Source: Octopus vulgaris (Eukaryota). From it: 64,000 nt of DNA. Made by a program: the position numbers and the translations under genes. The DNA is taken from assembly GCA_951406725.2 (NCBI GenBank), contig OX597822.1, positions 84,072,001 to 84,136,000 of the forward strand, given 5' to 3'. How positions within the stretch are numbered: position 1 is the first letter of the stretch; each line of letters begins with the position of its first letter. The notes beneath the pieces were generated by a model that was not told the DNA's origin, did not search any database, and worked only from the letters and a program-made list of their open reading frames with translations. This document shows, piece by piece, positions 1 through 13,789 of the stretch.

Positions 1-1052
1 GTAAAAGTAATGATTACAAGTGGTCATTCTGTTGACAGAAGATGCTATAGCTTACGAACAGTTTGACAAAGTGGCAATGGTGTTAAGAAATACTGATTTA
101 ATTCCGGCATTTCACACAGATAATATTAAAGTCAAAGTCGCGACCCCATTTCAACCGTATGGCGAACGTTGTTTGCGCTCTGGTTTACTGGTTTCTGAAA
201 GAAAGAATAAAAGATACTTGTCAAAGGTTACATTGTTGAAAGTTATTGCCAACTGCAGTAAGAGATAAATTTCAATCTTATACTGCATGATGACAAATTA
301 TTTCAATAACGAACAAAAGACAAGAAATTAATATTTGAAATTATGTTGGATGTTGTTGAGGTCGAGTGAAACTACGCAGAGTTTACTGTCTACTTTTTAA
401 ATGCTGCAGACAGACAAGTACAAAGTGGGCGCATTGCGATATTGCCATTTACATTTTGAGGTTGATCTCAAAACATGAAAAGGGATTACCACAATGCAAT
501 GACTTTAATGTCAAAATGTGTGGAACTCTCGTTCGTTTCATTACAATAACGATCAATTGCGACGAGAAATAATAAATATAAGCCTAATACCAGTCAAAGT
601 GATTTAGATTGTATTGATTTAGCACCTCCCGTACTAAAAATACTTTTACAAAATCCTGCATTGGAACCGCCCAGGAATTCTGTAATTCCATTAAATTTCA
701 AAAACGAGGACACTTCCGCACTCATATTCTCGTCATATTATGAGATACACTTATCAAACAATTAACACGTGGCTAATGACACACACAAAAACAATAAATA
801 AATAAATAAATAAATAACCTAGCGTTCAAAATTTGACCGCAACAAACAAGTCAACATGTGACTGCTTACACATGACGCTGATGGTCAATGAAACTTTAGC
901 AGGAAAGACCACACGAATTGGAACGGTATAGAAGTAACAACACAAACACAAAATATCTTTGATTCAATTCTTGGCAGAAAATGGAGAAAACTTTTGATCA
1001 ACAAACAAATTGACTAACATCGTTTAAATATTTTTTTAATACAAAGCTTAAA

Positions 1053-1175
1053 CATTACTTACAGCCGTTTCTGCTGCCAATGTCAGTGGGTGCAACCAAA
1101 GGAAATTATGAGAATAATATTCGCCATCTTTATAGCACATCCGATCTAGTACATGGAGCTTCATCAGAGTGAATA
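1053..1175 (-). ncRNA. Type I hammerhead ribozyme-like motif with long stem II
   Basis: Minus strand reads auucacu CUGAUGA a-gcu-cca-ugu...(~70 nt)...aca-u-ugg-c-agc-a GAAA CGGCUG UA aguaau. Canonical core, paired stem II base, near-palindromic stem III (ACGGCUGU), GUA site between 1060/1059, stem I auu(c)acu/aguaau. Confidence 0.65.
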
Positions 1176-1607
1176 CAAATACATAAAGTAAAAGAAGAGA
1201 AGAGGGACAAGGAAAGAACAGGGCCTCGAGATGAGGCAAGAAAGTTCAATAAATAGAATCATATCATTTTGCAGTGTAAAACCCATGAGCAAATGAACAA
1301 ACTAGCAAATAAATTAGAAAAATAATTAGTGGGTTAATCTTTCTTTAAGGGTAATAGGGTGTATAAATAAGAAGAAGATAAAACTAGTATTTAAGTATAA
1401 CAGGATTCGCCAATAATCCTAAAAAGAAATAGTACTTATGGTTTCGTAGAGCTAATTAATATATATCCCAAAGCGATACCCGTAAAGTTGTAAAAATAGT
1501 ATACTTTCTGAAATATTCTAAAGACCAACCAATTTAAACGATGGTAGTTAATTTGTTTGTTGATCAAAAAATTTTCCTCCATTTTCTGCTCATTTTATAT
1601 ATGTATT

Positions 1608-1906
<299 letters not shown>

Positions 1907-1994
1907 CTCCTAAATAAGGACGCCAAGTGCTAGGGACACAAAAAAGGGATAAATTCATCGAGAGTGAAAATCAAAAACATTTACCATTAACGAT

Positions 1995-2079
1995 ACATCC
2001 CGGACTGATCAGTTTCTACCTCTTTCTAGCAAAACAGACAGAATATGTTTGCTAAGGCTGGTTTCATCGGCGAGACGCC
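1995..2079 (-). ncRNA. Type I hammerhead ribozyme-like motif (U4C core variant)
   Basis: Minus strand reads gcgucucg CCGAUGA a-acc..uagcaaa..uuugcua..ggu-a GAAA CUGAUCAG UC cgggaugu. Stem I 7-8 bp, extended stem II, perfect palindromic stem III ACUGAUCAGU, GUC cleavage triplet at 2003/2002. Lies in a short non-repetitive module next to a (TA)n tract. Confidence 0.75.
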
Positions 2080-2324
2080 TTTGTTAAATCGAGAGCGTTA
2101 GACCATGTGTTGATCGAAACAACTTGTAAATCTTAACTTTTCAAACCTCTGCGCAGACGCAAAATCTACCCGGTGATATAGGGCATACCGGGAAAAAATT
2201 TTACGAACAAATCTATCAAGTAATATGTGAATATAATCAAAAAAGGGTAATAACATAGATTACTACCAGTGGCCCAGCACAAAAGACGAATTAGTCATTA
2301 GACAAAACATTATATTTTATTATA

Positions 2325-2680
2325 TTTTTGAAAATGTTTGGAAAATTTTCCCCAAAAATTTTTGAAAAATTTTTCGAAAATTTTCCCCAAAAATTTTTTA
2401 AAAACTTTTTTAAAATCTTACCCAAAAATTTTTGAAAAGCTTTTTTAAATTTTCCCCCAGAAATTTTGAAAAATTATTTGAAAATTTTTGAAAAACTTTT
2501 TTAAAAACTTTTTGAAAATCTTTTGAAAATTTTCAACAAAAACTTTTCAAAAATTTTTTGAAAATTTTCAACAAAAATTTTTGAAAACCTTTTTTAAATT
2601 TTCCCCAAAAATTTTTTTTTAATTTCTGGAAAATTTTTGGAAAATTTTCCTCGAAAATTTTTTTTAATTTTAAAAAAATT
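2325..2680. repeat. Degenerate minisatellite of alternating A4-6/T4-6 tracts (~11-12 bp period)
   Basis: Repeating gaaaatttttt / ccccaaaaatttttt units. Confidence 0.85.
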
Positions 2681-2787
2681 ATCCTCCGTCACTTTTTTGA
2701 CCACTATAAAATTTCCTTTATTTAATTGCTAATAAGCTACTCTTTTTTTAATTTGTTAGTGAATATTTATATGTATGGTGTGAATGG

Positions 2788-2821
<34 letters not shown>

Positions 2822-3995
2822 AAGTAGATATGTATACATGTGTGTAAGTGTGTGTATGCACACTCGAGTATCTGTGTATGTATATGCGAGCGTGTGTAGG
2901 TGTGCTTATATATATGTACGTGAGTGCGCGTACATATCCGTATATGTGAGCGTGTGTATATATCCGTATGTATATGTGTGTGTAGATTTTATATATGTAT
3001 ATGTATGTGAATGTATATATATATGTGTGTGCGTGCGAGCGCGCATACATGCGTGTATGTGTCTGAGTGTTGAATCTTAATGGCCAGCTAAGGAGAATCA
3101 TGTGTAACCAACCATGAAGAACAAATCAACAGTACAAAGAAATAAAATACCAATCTCTTTAAAACGGCAGCCACTTTAAGAGTACGAGAATCACCATCCC
3201 ACTACATTTACGCATTCAAAGCAGTTTGCCAATGGCCCTTCGCCAACACCATACCCTGATAGGCTTTGTGACTACTACTAAATTAAGGCCACGACAGAGA
3301 GATAGAATGTTCCTGAAGCTGAGGATTTTAAATTTACAGAGACAATATTTACATATCACCTGAGGAAACACAATATAATGCAGGGAAATAGTTTCTTAAT
3401 CAAGTACCTGCACATCTGGAGAACTACGTTGCGTGCAAACAGTTGTAGTGATTAAAAAATAAATGTCCAACCGTACCCTTCTTGTTGACTTCAATTTTTT
3501 CAATTATCTATTCACACACGACAGATCCCCAAACGCCAACCTGGAAATACATATAATACTACTTCTGGAAAGCACAGTTTAAATGTGAAAGTGGACGAGC
3601 GAACTTTATACTGTATTCTACTATGTTCTTAACAGAATATACTATAATTATATATATACATATATAAGACGGTCTTCTTACGGTTTACGTCAACCAGATA
3701 TACTCACAAGTCTTTGGTCGGCCCGAGTTTATAGCAGAAGACACTTGCCCAAGGTATCACGCAATAGTACTGAACCCAGTATATATATATGTATATATGT
3801 ATTCCCAACCATGTGGTTGGGAATACATACATATTTATATATATCTGTATGTATGCAAGATGTGTGTGTGTACGTGATTGTAGTTTATGCACAAATTAGC
3901 ACGCATGTCGTTCAAATTTTAGGAGGACATTCTTCAACAACCTATCCGGGTTTTGTCAACTTATTTTTTTCCCGAGGCACCCGCGGATAGCGGTA

Positions 3996-4283
3996 AAAAT
4001 CTATTTTCAGCCATAGCTTTTTGACGGTGTCTAGCAAAAACAAAAACAAGATAAAGAAAGGTGGAAGAAGAGAGGCAGAGAGTTTCACGGGAAAGACAAA
4101 GTGAGAGATGGAGAGAGAGAGTAAGTGACGACGTTCATAAAAATCTATTTTCAGCCATAGCTTTCTGACGGCGTCTAACAAAGAAAAACAAGATAAAGAA
4201 AAGTGGAAGAGAAGCAGAGAGTTTCACGGGAAAACAAAGTGAGAGAGGGAGAGAGAGAGAGTAAGTGACGACGTTCATAAAAT
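3996..4283 (+). repeat. Tandem duplication (~144 bp x2) inside a probable non-autonomous DNA element
   Basis: aaaatctattttcagccatagcttt...agtaagtgacgacgttcata occurs at 3996 and 4140. Short inverted ends ttgtcaac (~3953) and gttgacaa (~4514). Confidence 0.8.
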
Positions 4284-4924
4284 ATAAAATGTAAAATGTT
4301 TTGTCTTTTCTTAAACACGAGATATAGTGTTCAAATTAAGGATGTTTTTGAAAGACACTATATTTTATAATCATAGTATATATACTTTCTCACACAACAA
4401 TTACAATATATTTATTTTAAATCGTTCATCTTTCTCCCCCCTCTCTCTCATACACATTACTTTGGGTGCGAAAGAGTTTTGTTTTTATTTTACGCCGAGT
4501 AAAAAAGTGTTTTGTTGACAATCCATTTATTTAACAACAAAGAAACAAAGAGGTGAGTAGAAATTTGTCAGTGAATTGCACAATATAAATGGGCACAATT
4601 TCCGAGGTTTCCACCACACCCACTCCGTTTCACGGACCACAAAAAGGGTTTTGTAGCATATTAGGAGGCCAGAGTAGTTGATTCCACGCAAAAAAAAAAC
4701 GATTAATTTTCTTAGTGAAAATCGTGCGAGTGTTAATCTACAAATTTAACAACATTTTTCCATTCATTTCTGTTTATGAACATGTATGCATGCACAAAAC
4801 ATGTAATAGGTGTACGTACGTATATGTGTGTTCGTGTCTGTTGCCCATATATATTTATATTATATTATATTATATTATATTATATTATATTATATATATA
4901 TAATATATATAATTAATATATAAT

Positions 4925-5186
<262 letters not shown>

Positions 5187-6127
5187 AAACCAAATTAAAA
5201 AACGATAGCAAAGCCCCAACCCACACACACCAACACACACGCACATACCTCTCGGCACTAATCACTTTATACAAAAGCACGAAATTGTCTGCATTCAATT
5301 CACATTAAATGCGCACGCACATACTACACACACACACGCACATGCACACACACAACACACGCACACTCACACATACACACACACACACACAGTATATACA
5401 TAACGAAGAATATACACATCACGAAAAACAAAGTTACACTTTGGATGCCTGGCACGGAGCAAATAGGAGTGATAATCTTTAGTGATAAGTTCACAGCAAT
5501 ATGACGATCGACTTTGACAAATTAATTAATTAAGTAAACGATTAGTTACGTGTTAATGAAACGAAATTGAAATGGTGCATGTGTTTTTTTTTTTGGCAGA
5601 ATAGACTTCCCATGAAGTAATATGTTTTTAACACACGACCTCACATCAAGGACCTCGCAAAATACAAACACGCACACACACAGAGACATGCGTGTATGCA
5701 TTTACACGCATGCACGCGCAGACACACAGACACACAAATACATTGTGTAAAGTTTAGTAACACGTGATAACAGACACAAGAAAAACGGAAAAAATGAGAC
5801 CCCATACTTGCTTTGAGGAAAGCTTTCATCTATTATTCGATTTAAAGTAAAAGCAAAAACTAAATAAAAGGAAAAATGAAAAATTGTTCAACACGAAAAG
5901 ATGTCTTGTTACTTACTCAGAATAGGAGATGATTCGAACTTGAAAGTGTCACCGTTATCCCCGCTTCATGTTTTAAAACATGAACAAGTCGTTCTTACAT
6001 ATTAAATACATACATGCATGCACACATACATGCATGCATGCATGCATGCATACATACATACATACATACATACATACATACATACATACATACATACATA
6101 CATACATACATACATACATACATACAT

Positions 6128-7140
6128 TTTTAAATTACAATTCTCCAAAATAAATTTGCTACTTACCCGAAGCTTTCGTTGAGCGACAGATCATCCCCAA
6201 AAAGAGTGAGGAAACATCCGACCGATCTAAAGTTTAAGGTTATCAACGATGTTGCTAGAGAGCACATGAAATCATGTGATGTTAATTACTGGAATACAAA
6301 TACTCTTATATACACAGCCGCTATTACTCTTTAAAAATACCTAGGAGAAATCTACAGCGAGCAAAATAACGGAATTACTAAACGGAAACAACCTTGATGG
6401 AAAACAAATCTTGAAGAAACATCAACAACATGCGCCGCAACAATAAAATGTAAGGCGATAAAATGAGTTTTACGCCTCACCAACTCTACCTTAGACAAAA
6501 ATTAATGGAACTTTATGGCAACTCTTCACATCGAGATCTTGAGGGAAAGCTAATCACTTTAAAACATGAACTCAGGATGAAAAGCGAGAAACTCCGCCAT
6601 CGCAAACGAATTTTTTTGGAATGAAAAGAGGGATTTCCAACTGAATGCAGCATGGTTAAATACAATTTAGAGAGAATACTGTACCAACACTAACAAAAAA
6701 AACATACAAAATTGATGCAGAAACCTTCGCTATAGCAGTAGGCGAACTACAGAAAGGGAAGGCACCTGGAAGGGGCCTAATAGTCGGATATTGGTACAAG
6801 AAGCTGACATTTTATAGAAACCAATTGATATGTATGATCAAAAGGAGTGTGAAAGGTCAGCCTGATATAACACATTGGCTTGCTACAGCAAGGACAAATC
6901 TTGTTGCCAAAACATGAAGTCACTGAGATGGCTGGAAACTACAGGCTCATTGCTTGCCTAAACATTATGTACAAGCTGTACACAAGTTGCCTCAACCAAT
7001 TCCTTCAGGACCATTGTGAGTCGAACAACATTGTGACTGATGAAGAGGCTGGTGGAAAGAAGTGAGTGTGGGGATGGGGCAAACAACTTTTAATAAACCA
7101 AACTGTACTGTCTGAAGTAAGAAAACAACGCAGAAACCGA
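6128..7140 (+). mobile_element. R4/Dong-clade non-LTR retrotransposon, decayed RT N-terminal fragment
   Basis: Frameshifted translation gives KGKAPGRGLIVGYWYKKL...WLATARTNL...GNYRLIACLNIMYKLYTSCL...HCESNNIVTDEEAGGKK*VWG..QLLINQTVLSEVRKQRRN, matching the start of R4/Dong RTs. Begins directly after (TACA)n. Confidence 0.8.
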
Positions 7141-7149
7141 ACGGCATGC

Positions 7150-7395
7150 TTCTGAAGTAAACGTGCATGTGGCCGAACACTCCACAGCCACACGTACACT
7201 TAACGTAGTTCTCAGGGAGATTCAGCGTTACACAGAATGTGACAAGACACACCTCTCAAAATACAGGTGCAACTCATCTTTTTGCTAGTTGAATGGACTG
7301 GAGCAATGCGGAATAAAGTGCCTTGCTCAAGAACGCAACGCGCCGCCGGGAACTCATATCGTCAGCCGAATACGCTAAGCACTAGGCCATGCGCT
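7150..7395 (-). mobile_element. tRNA-derived SINE, family B (CORE-like body)
   Basis: Homologous to copies at 26344-26625(+), 33800-34115(-), 38961-39240(+), 53000-53125(+) and 62360-62590(+). Shared ttgagcaagacactt...gctccagtcca...tgaatctccctgagaactacgttaag. Confidence 0.8.
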
Positions 7396-7683
7396 TTCAC
7401 ATGTATTACACACATACACGCACGCGCGCGCGTGTGTGTGCTTGTGTGTGTGTGTGTCAGTGTTTGTGTGAACGTACGTATGTAAAAAGTCAGTATTCCA
7501 TGAAAGGCCGTCAAAAGGCAGATAGAACGTTTTATATCGATAATAAAGATATTGAAATGTTAGCATAGATATATTTAATCATTTCTGATATTTCAAGTTA
7601 AAAATTCTTTTCAAAAGTCATAAAGAACGAGAAAAAGAGAGTAATGAATAGATAGATAGATAGACAGATAGATATATAGATAT

Positions 7684-7752
<69 letters not shown>

Positions 7753-8139
7753 GACAGAGACAGCAAGAGAGAGGGGAGAGAAAGGTAGAGGGGGAGAAAG
7801 ATTATATATCGGTTTTGCTGGTGCATCAGGTTCCCTGTATCAGCCCAGCACGCCTACGTGTATTTGGACACGCTCAGAAAATGCACATTTAAAACTTTTG
7901 TGGAGTAGATTTTACTTCGAAATATCAGCTACCGTGTGTGAAAACATAATTCGATGTTAGCATTTCAATATCTTTCTTCTTGTTTTCATTATTTTGTTAT
8001 TATTTTGTTATTTATATTTCATTTTTTTATATCTAAAAGCATTGCAGAAAAACAACAGTTCTAATGTATCAATATGTGGCGCTGTTTGTAACCCATCCCT
8101 AAAATTTTTGTTAAGGGTAAGTTACTTGCGGTTGTTGAT

Positions 8140-9160
8140 TCGTTCATCTACCTTGGAATGTTTGTACAAAATGATGGAAATCTTGATAAGGAAATACATC
8201 TGCGAATTCAAAGGGCAGCACAAACAGTTGGTGTTTTGGAGTCACGCGTTTGGCGCCAGCGACTTATATATAAGAATACAAAGTTGGCTCTTTACAAATC
8301 ATTTGCCTTACCATCCCTGTTTTTTCTTGTGAAACAAGGACATGTTATAAAAGACATTTTGAATTGTTAGAACAATTCCACGAAAATACCTTCATCGCAT
8401 TTTCAACATTAAATGGAGTTCTTTTACTCTAAACACGAGTGTCATTACATCTGCAGGCATCACCTCAATTAAAGCTATGATTTTGAGGAAACAAATGAAA
8501 TGGGGAGGCCATATTGTTCAAATGGCGGATGAACGCACGCCCAAACAGCTGTTTTATGATGTGCTTGCAGAGGGGAAATGCTAACAGTGTAAACCTAAAA
8601 AAATGGTTTGAGGGCGACATAAGGACTACCATGAGGTCACTTGGATTGGATCCAATGGACGTAGAAACCCTTGCTTCCGATCGAGCTGGATGGCAAACAA
8701 ATGTGTGGAGTGAAAGAGTTTTAAAAGGCCAGGATAAGTCATGCAAGACCCAAGGAAGAGTGTTTCGACCGAGAAGGTGAATCACAATGACATTTTTGTG
8801 TACTGATTGTGACAGACCATGCCTTTCTTTCGCTGGGCACAAATCTCATTTGCAAACCCATGGAAAACGAACCTCCACTAACTATTCTGCCGATATGTCT
8901 GTGCACACCTTTTAACGCAGTGTATGCTAGAAGCTTTGCAAACCTAATGGAGGCCTCAAAAGACATTTTAAGATCCACAGAGATCAGAACTTATCTGCAG
9001 CTTTTAGTGGTACAAATCAGATATGCAATCTATGTGGGTGTCTTTTCAAAACATTGTCTGGTTTAAAAAGCTACATCAGATGCCACGGTGGTTCTAAGGT
9101 GGAGGTACAGGTGGTGGTGAAACTCTGCATAAGGAGTAGACAACCACCATATTATATGTA
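8140..9160 (+). mobile_element. RTE-clade LINE 3' fragment (RT C-terminus plus three C2H2 fingers)
   Basis: Translates as LDKEIHLRIQRAAQTVGVLESRVW..TKLALYKS; QMKWGGHIVQMADERTPKQLFY; LASDRAGW; then CTDCDRPCLSFAGHKSHLQTH, RSVC*KLCKPNGGLKRHFKIH and CNLCGCLFKTLSGLKSYIRCH. Contains stops and frameshifts. Confidence 0.8.
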
Positions 9161-9290
9161 TATAAGAAGAAAATGTTAACGCATTTTCAACCTTTCCTCC
9201 CTGTTTTCCCTATTCTCTCTCTTTACTTGTTTCAGTCATTGATATATATTTGCATATAACTGCATACATATGCTTGCGTGTGTGCGTATG

Positions 9291-9335
<45 letters not shown>

Positions 9336-11199
9336 CATTTTAGCATGCTTATATCTGAACTATCAAGTTTCAGATCCTTACTCACATTGAGAGATGTCCA
9401 AGAGCGTGGAATAATGCATATATAATTTATATATTTGTATGTCGTCATGTTAGTTTAGTTGAGTTCATTTACAAGGTAACTTAAAAACAAGATCACCTTT
9501 AAAGAGTATGATACCACAATCTACCGTGGCGAGATACCTCAAATAACGGTAGAAATATGCAAACGCGAGGTTGTCATATTACTAGACATATAGTGTAACG
9601 AGGTGCTTACATTGAAATTGAATGAATTCTGTTAAGTTGTTTAGGCGACGTCTACAGTGTAGCAGATGGTATTTCTGTCTCACTGACTTTATCAGAACAT
9701 TAATGAAATACTTGATACAACATTTAGGAAATGTTTGACTTCAGCGGAAACGAACAGCGACAATAGGAGATGATAACGAATAGTTTTCAAATTTGAAATC
9801 AACGCAGCTCGGTAAGGCACTTCCCTTTGTTGAATTAAATTAGCTTTGGTGAAGCAACGAGAATATTTTGGGACAGATAACGCTGTAAATGAAGGATTGT
9901 TAATTGTTGGATTTTATTTTTATGGACATTAATTTAGACGTTATTCCAGCAGGATAAATTCCATCAGAGTTCTTGCGATGACGATTATCGATCCGAATGG
10001 AAATCAAATTTCTATTTCAGACTGTTAAGTACCCAACTGAGAACTGCACAATTTCATTGTCGTTTGGTGAATTTTCTGCTAAATGTATCGTTGCTATCTC
10101 AGCCTCTGGACTGATAAACGTGAACTGTTCACAACACATCAGCAGTGAGCTATTGATTTTCTGACCCTAACAGCCATATTCAACCTTTCAAGAAATAATC
10201 TACAGAAAATTGAATAAGAAACACAAATGATATGTTGTCAATGTTTAAACCCATATTGGCCCTGAATAATACTTATGATTAAACCCATTCCTATCACGAC
10301 GACGCATCTAGGAATATTACATTATCTAATGTGCTTTTCCTTTTTCATGTTATTTATGTCATTCGCTGAACATTTGAGTGGTATTTCTAGCAGGTTGGAT
10401 GATCACAGACAGACTCTTTTGTTCACGGAGTTTCACATTCCCGCTGTAGACAGCGGTGACAATGTTCAGTTTGTCTAACAATTGTTTGGGCAACGATTAA
10501 CGATAGTTCAGGCATAGTTTGATTCGCTACTTTCTCCTGCACTCGACAAATCCACTCTTGTATTTCCGACTTCCCTATTAAAATAGGAAGATGCTTCTAC
10601 GTGGCTTAAAGTTGCGATAACTTGTGGCATAACTTGACATTTTAAAAGAAATTCTTACATAAGAAATGTCGTAAGATCTCTTGTTAAACTATGTTTAAGC
10701 GAAAATTAGTTACACTTTTCTCTTACTCGAGTCTTGCTATATCCGGTCAATATCACAGAGCCCAACTTTGTCAATAAAAGCATTGTGGTTGACCATTTTT
10801 ACCGCAAGATGCGATGCTGAACTGATGAAGCAAACTGCTATTATATTTTTGTAGGTTTTCCCCCTGTCTGTTAGTTAATATCATGTGATAATATTCTTTC
10901 CACCGAACATTAAAGCTGGCACGGTTAAGAGAAAATGTCTATTGACAGTTCCAAAACAAGGCTCTCTAAATTGATATGCCAAATGGTAGAGCGGACAGTT
11001 GCTTCTATGTTGTCCAGTGATTAAATAGTTGTGGTTTGTTTCTATTACGCAGACGTCAAATTTTGTTCACCATTAATCTTCTGTTAGCGTCATAAGTGGG
11101 GGGGGTCATGGTTGTGTCCAAAATTTAGGTTGTTAAATATATAATTGCAACATGCCAAGCAGCAGAATGAGTTTGTGTGTGAATAGTGGTTGGTGAATG

Positions 11200-12030
11200 G
11201 AGTTTGATAAAGTTTATTCAGTCTTGGTTTGTATTTTTGTAAGAATATATTTGTTTCGTTTATTTCTGCTTGGTCTGTGCTATTGATTGAACAAAGTGAA
11301 GAGACTTGGAATTTTGGAGACTTAGTTTTTTTCACGTGCGTCTATGTGTCCAGTCAGTGGGATCTGCCTAGTAATGGGGTCTCGGATCTAACGTCTATGA
11401 ATAGTTAGTCTATTTCTGAGAGGGAGTTTTGTTTGACCTATGTAATCTTCGTTACATCTTTTACATTTAGTAGCATGTGGGGGGCGCACGGCCTAGTGGT
11501 TAGGGTGTTGCACTCTCGATCGCGAGGTTGTGGTTTCAATCCCTAGACCGGTTGGTGCATTGCGTTCTTGAACAAAACACTTCATCTTATGTTACTCTAC
11601 GATCTCTTCCACAATTGACGTGTAGTACACCGTGCATTTGTTTTGGCAACGTCGATTTGATGAAGAGAGTGCGCTAATGGACGCCACATACATTTGATCA
11701 CTAGAAACAAATAAGTTATACATGTCGTTCAACAACAGTTGAACGCTCATAGATCCTCTTCGACAGGCGAGTCCATCATGTGTGTGTGTGTGTGTGTGAA
11801 GAAAGGAATGGTATTTGAAAATTCATTTACAATTACTTTACCGGTTTCCTAGTTCTCCAGTTTTTAAAAGAGTCCTGAGTACTTGATTTTAGTAAGAGTT
11901 TATCACAGTTCGTGCAGCAGTTTTTCGTATTTGATCGATAGTGTTAGCTTGCAAAGTAAGTCAATTTCCTGAGGTTACGTTTGGTTGCTTTTCATTGCTT
12001 TGTTAGGTTTGTTACTTCTGGAAAGAGTTT
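11200..12030 (-). mobile_element. Penelope-like element, GIY-YIG endonuclease remnant (copy A), interrupted by a SINE
   Basis: Minus strand 11477-11210 translates as HATKCKRCNEDYIGQTKLPLRNRLTIHRR*IRDPITRQIPLTGHIDA/..KFQV..ETNIFLQKYKPRLN. A linker-like KQP..NLRKL lies near 11960-11990. Confidence 0.85.
11478..11780 (+). mobile_element. tRNA-derived SINE inserted in Penelope copy A
   Basis: A box-like ggcctagtgg, B box-like gtttcaatccc, followed by a CORE-like cttgaacaaaacacttc. Confidence 0.7.
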
Positions 12031-12229
12031 ATGTCAGGATTGAATAGCATTGATTGTTTAGTGTCATCGTGACGACCGTAAATATATTTCGGGAATTTAA
12101 CTGGTTTCCAAAGACATCTGCTGGTTAATCCTTTGATGACCTCAGTACTAAATTTGGAAGGTAAATTTTATGTTTATCAAATATCTCCTAGTTGCCTTTG
12201 AGGTGTTTGGGTATTTCTTACCAATGCCA

Positions 12230-12790
12230 GTTAGTGTAATATTTATGGGGTTTAATGTTTATTGATTTCGTTTGTCCAATATACTTTTGGTTACAACCAT
12301 TACATTAAATTACATAAAATAATCGGTTTTGATGAATAAGTGAAGAGATTTTTTTATAGTGAAGATATATGCTGATTTGAATTTACAGAACGTGACTTGT
12401 ATTATCTTGACGCAGGTTCCACAGTTGGAACGACGAGTGTGTTTGGCTATTAGAGTTGGGTTTTTGGCAGGCAATTGACATTGTAAATTTCTTTGGAGGT
12501 TTGTGATCGCTTTAGCATTTCCTTATTTAAAATATTTCGAATGCTTTTCTCATTTTTAGGTTTTTCTTCTATAGAATTTTTTGGTGAGTAATATTTTCTA
12601 TTTCAGTAATTCTTGGTTTGTGAGTTGTATGCTAAATAGAATATTTGGTGTATTGGATTTGTTGTTTGTTGTATGGAATTCCTGGATTTGCATTATTTTG
12701 GAGCATTCTAACCTGTTACCACTGATGGGCATTGTCTGTTCAGTAGAATTTGTTAGAGTTCTCCGAGTCTTTTATTCCGAGCTTCAGAAT
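12230..12790 (-). mobile_element. Penelope-like element, linker/Zn-knuckle/GIY-YIG remnant (copy B)
   Basis: Minus strand translates as TTHKPR...NLQRNL...RRSNCGTCVKII...FYVI*CNGCNQKYIGQTK (YIGQT at about 12269-12283). Confidence 0.8.
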
Positions 12791-13085
12791 TTGAATTGAC
12801 TGACCATATTATTCTTGATGGATTTCATGCTATATTTCTTTTCGCACGTTTTCAATGACATGAAGTATATACATATGCATACATAAATGCATACATACAT
12901 ACACACATACTCACACATATATATATAATGCATGTATGTATGCATATATATGTGTGTGTGTATGTATATGAATGTATGTGTATATGTATGTATGTATGCA
13001 TTATATAAGCATGCACTCATGCATGCATGTAAGTATAGATTGTATGAAGTAGTGTACAGATTTTATATATTAAGAGAAAGGAGAT

Positions 13086-13544
13086 AGGATTTGGAGAGAA
13101 ACTATTTGACGCCTTCATCACTTTGAGGTGTTCATCATGAATAATGTCTTTATAGAAAATTCATAACTTTTATAAATATGTGAGTTAGCTGGAATAAAAC
13201 CTGGAGATGATTTTGCTTTGTTTTGTTTTGTTTTTTTTTTGTTTGTTTTTTGTAGTGGAAGGAAGAGGATGCTTTAGGAGTGATTGAGAGGTTCATCATT
13301 ATTTGCGAAGGGAGTTTCGATTTATGCTTAATTGACTTTATGTCTGGTTGAATAACTTTTATTTTAATAAAATAACGCCGAACATCTTAATTACCCCTAA
13401 AATATCCCATTCCCAAAACCAAAGAAGAAAAATTCAACTCCAGATTTTTCAGCTAATTCACGTGTAAGAATTTCTGTAAAACAATTATGATGAACCCCTC
13501 AAAGGGATGAATGCGCTAAATAAATTGTTTTTATCCAAATCCTA
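13086..13544. repeat. Diverged inverted repeat (arms ~13086-13225 and ~13412-13544), each arm with a decayed hammerhead; probable Penelope inverted pseudo-LTR
   Basis: Right arm aUGAUGA-accc-cucaaa-ggg-auGAAugcgcu; left arm (minus) aUGAUGA-acac-cucaaa-gug-auGAAggcguc. Flanks of the arms align. Located just 5' of Penelope copy B. Confidence 0.6.
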
Positions 13545-13655
13545 CACATTTTTATATATAAAATTGTGAGTTAAAAAATCGTTTAATCTATGGAGGTATG
13601 TATGTACATATATATAAATACATATGTATGTGTGTGTGTGTGCGTACGTCCACCA

Positions 13656-13703
<48 letters not shown>

Positions 13704-13789
13704 TTTTTTCGAAAAAAAATTATTTTCGAAAAAAATTTTATCAATGGCTAGCATATCAAAAAATACCTTTGAAGGTTAAATTTATAAAC

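Noticed and set aside
20-572. Short ORFs in unique-looking sequence at the window start
   Set aside because: No recognisable domain and stops in all frames; cannot assign.
10015-10200. Minus-strand peptide IHLAENSPNDNEIV reminiscent of a cadherin repeat
   Set aside because: Lacks the DxD/LDRE/DxNDN motifs, the frame is closed by stops, and no consistent splice phase was found.
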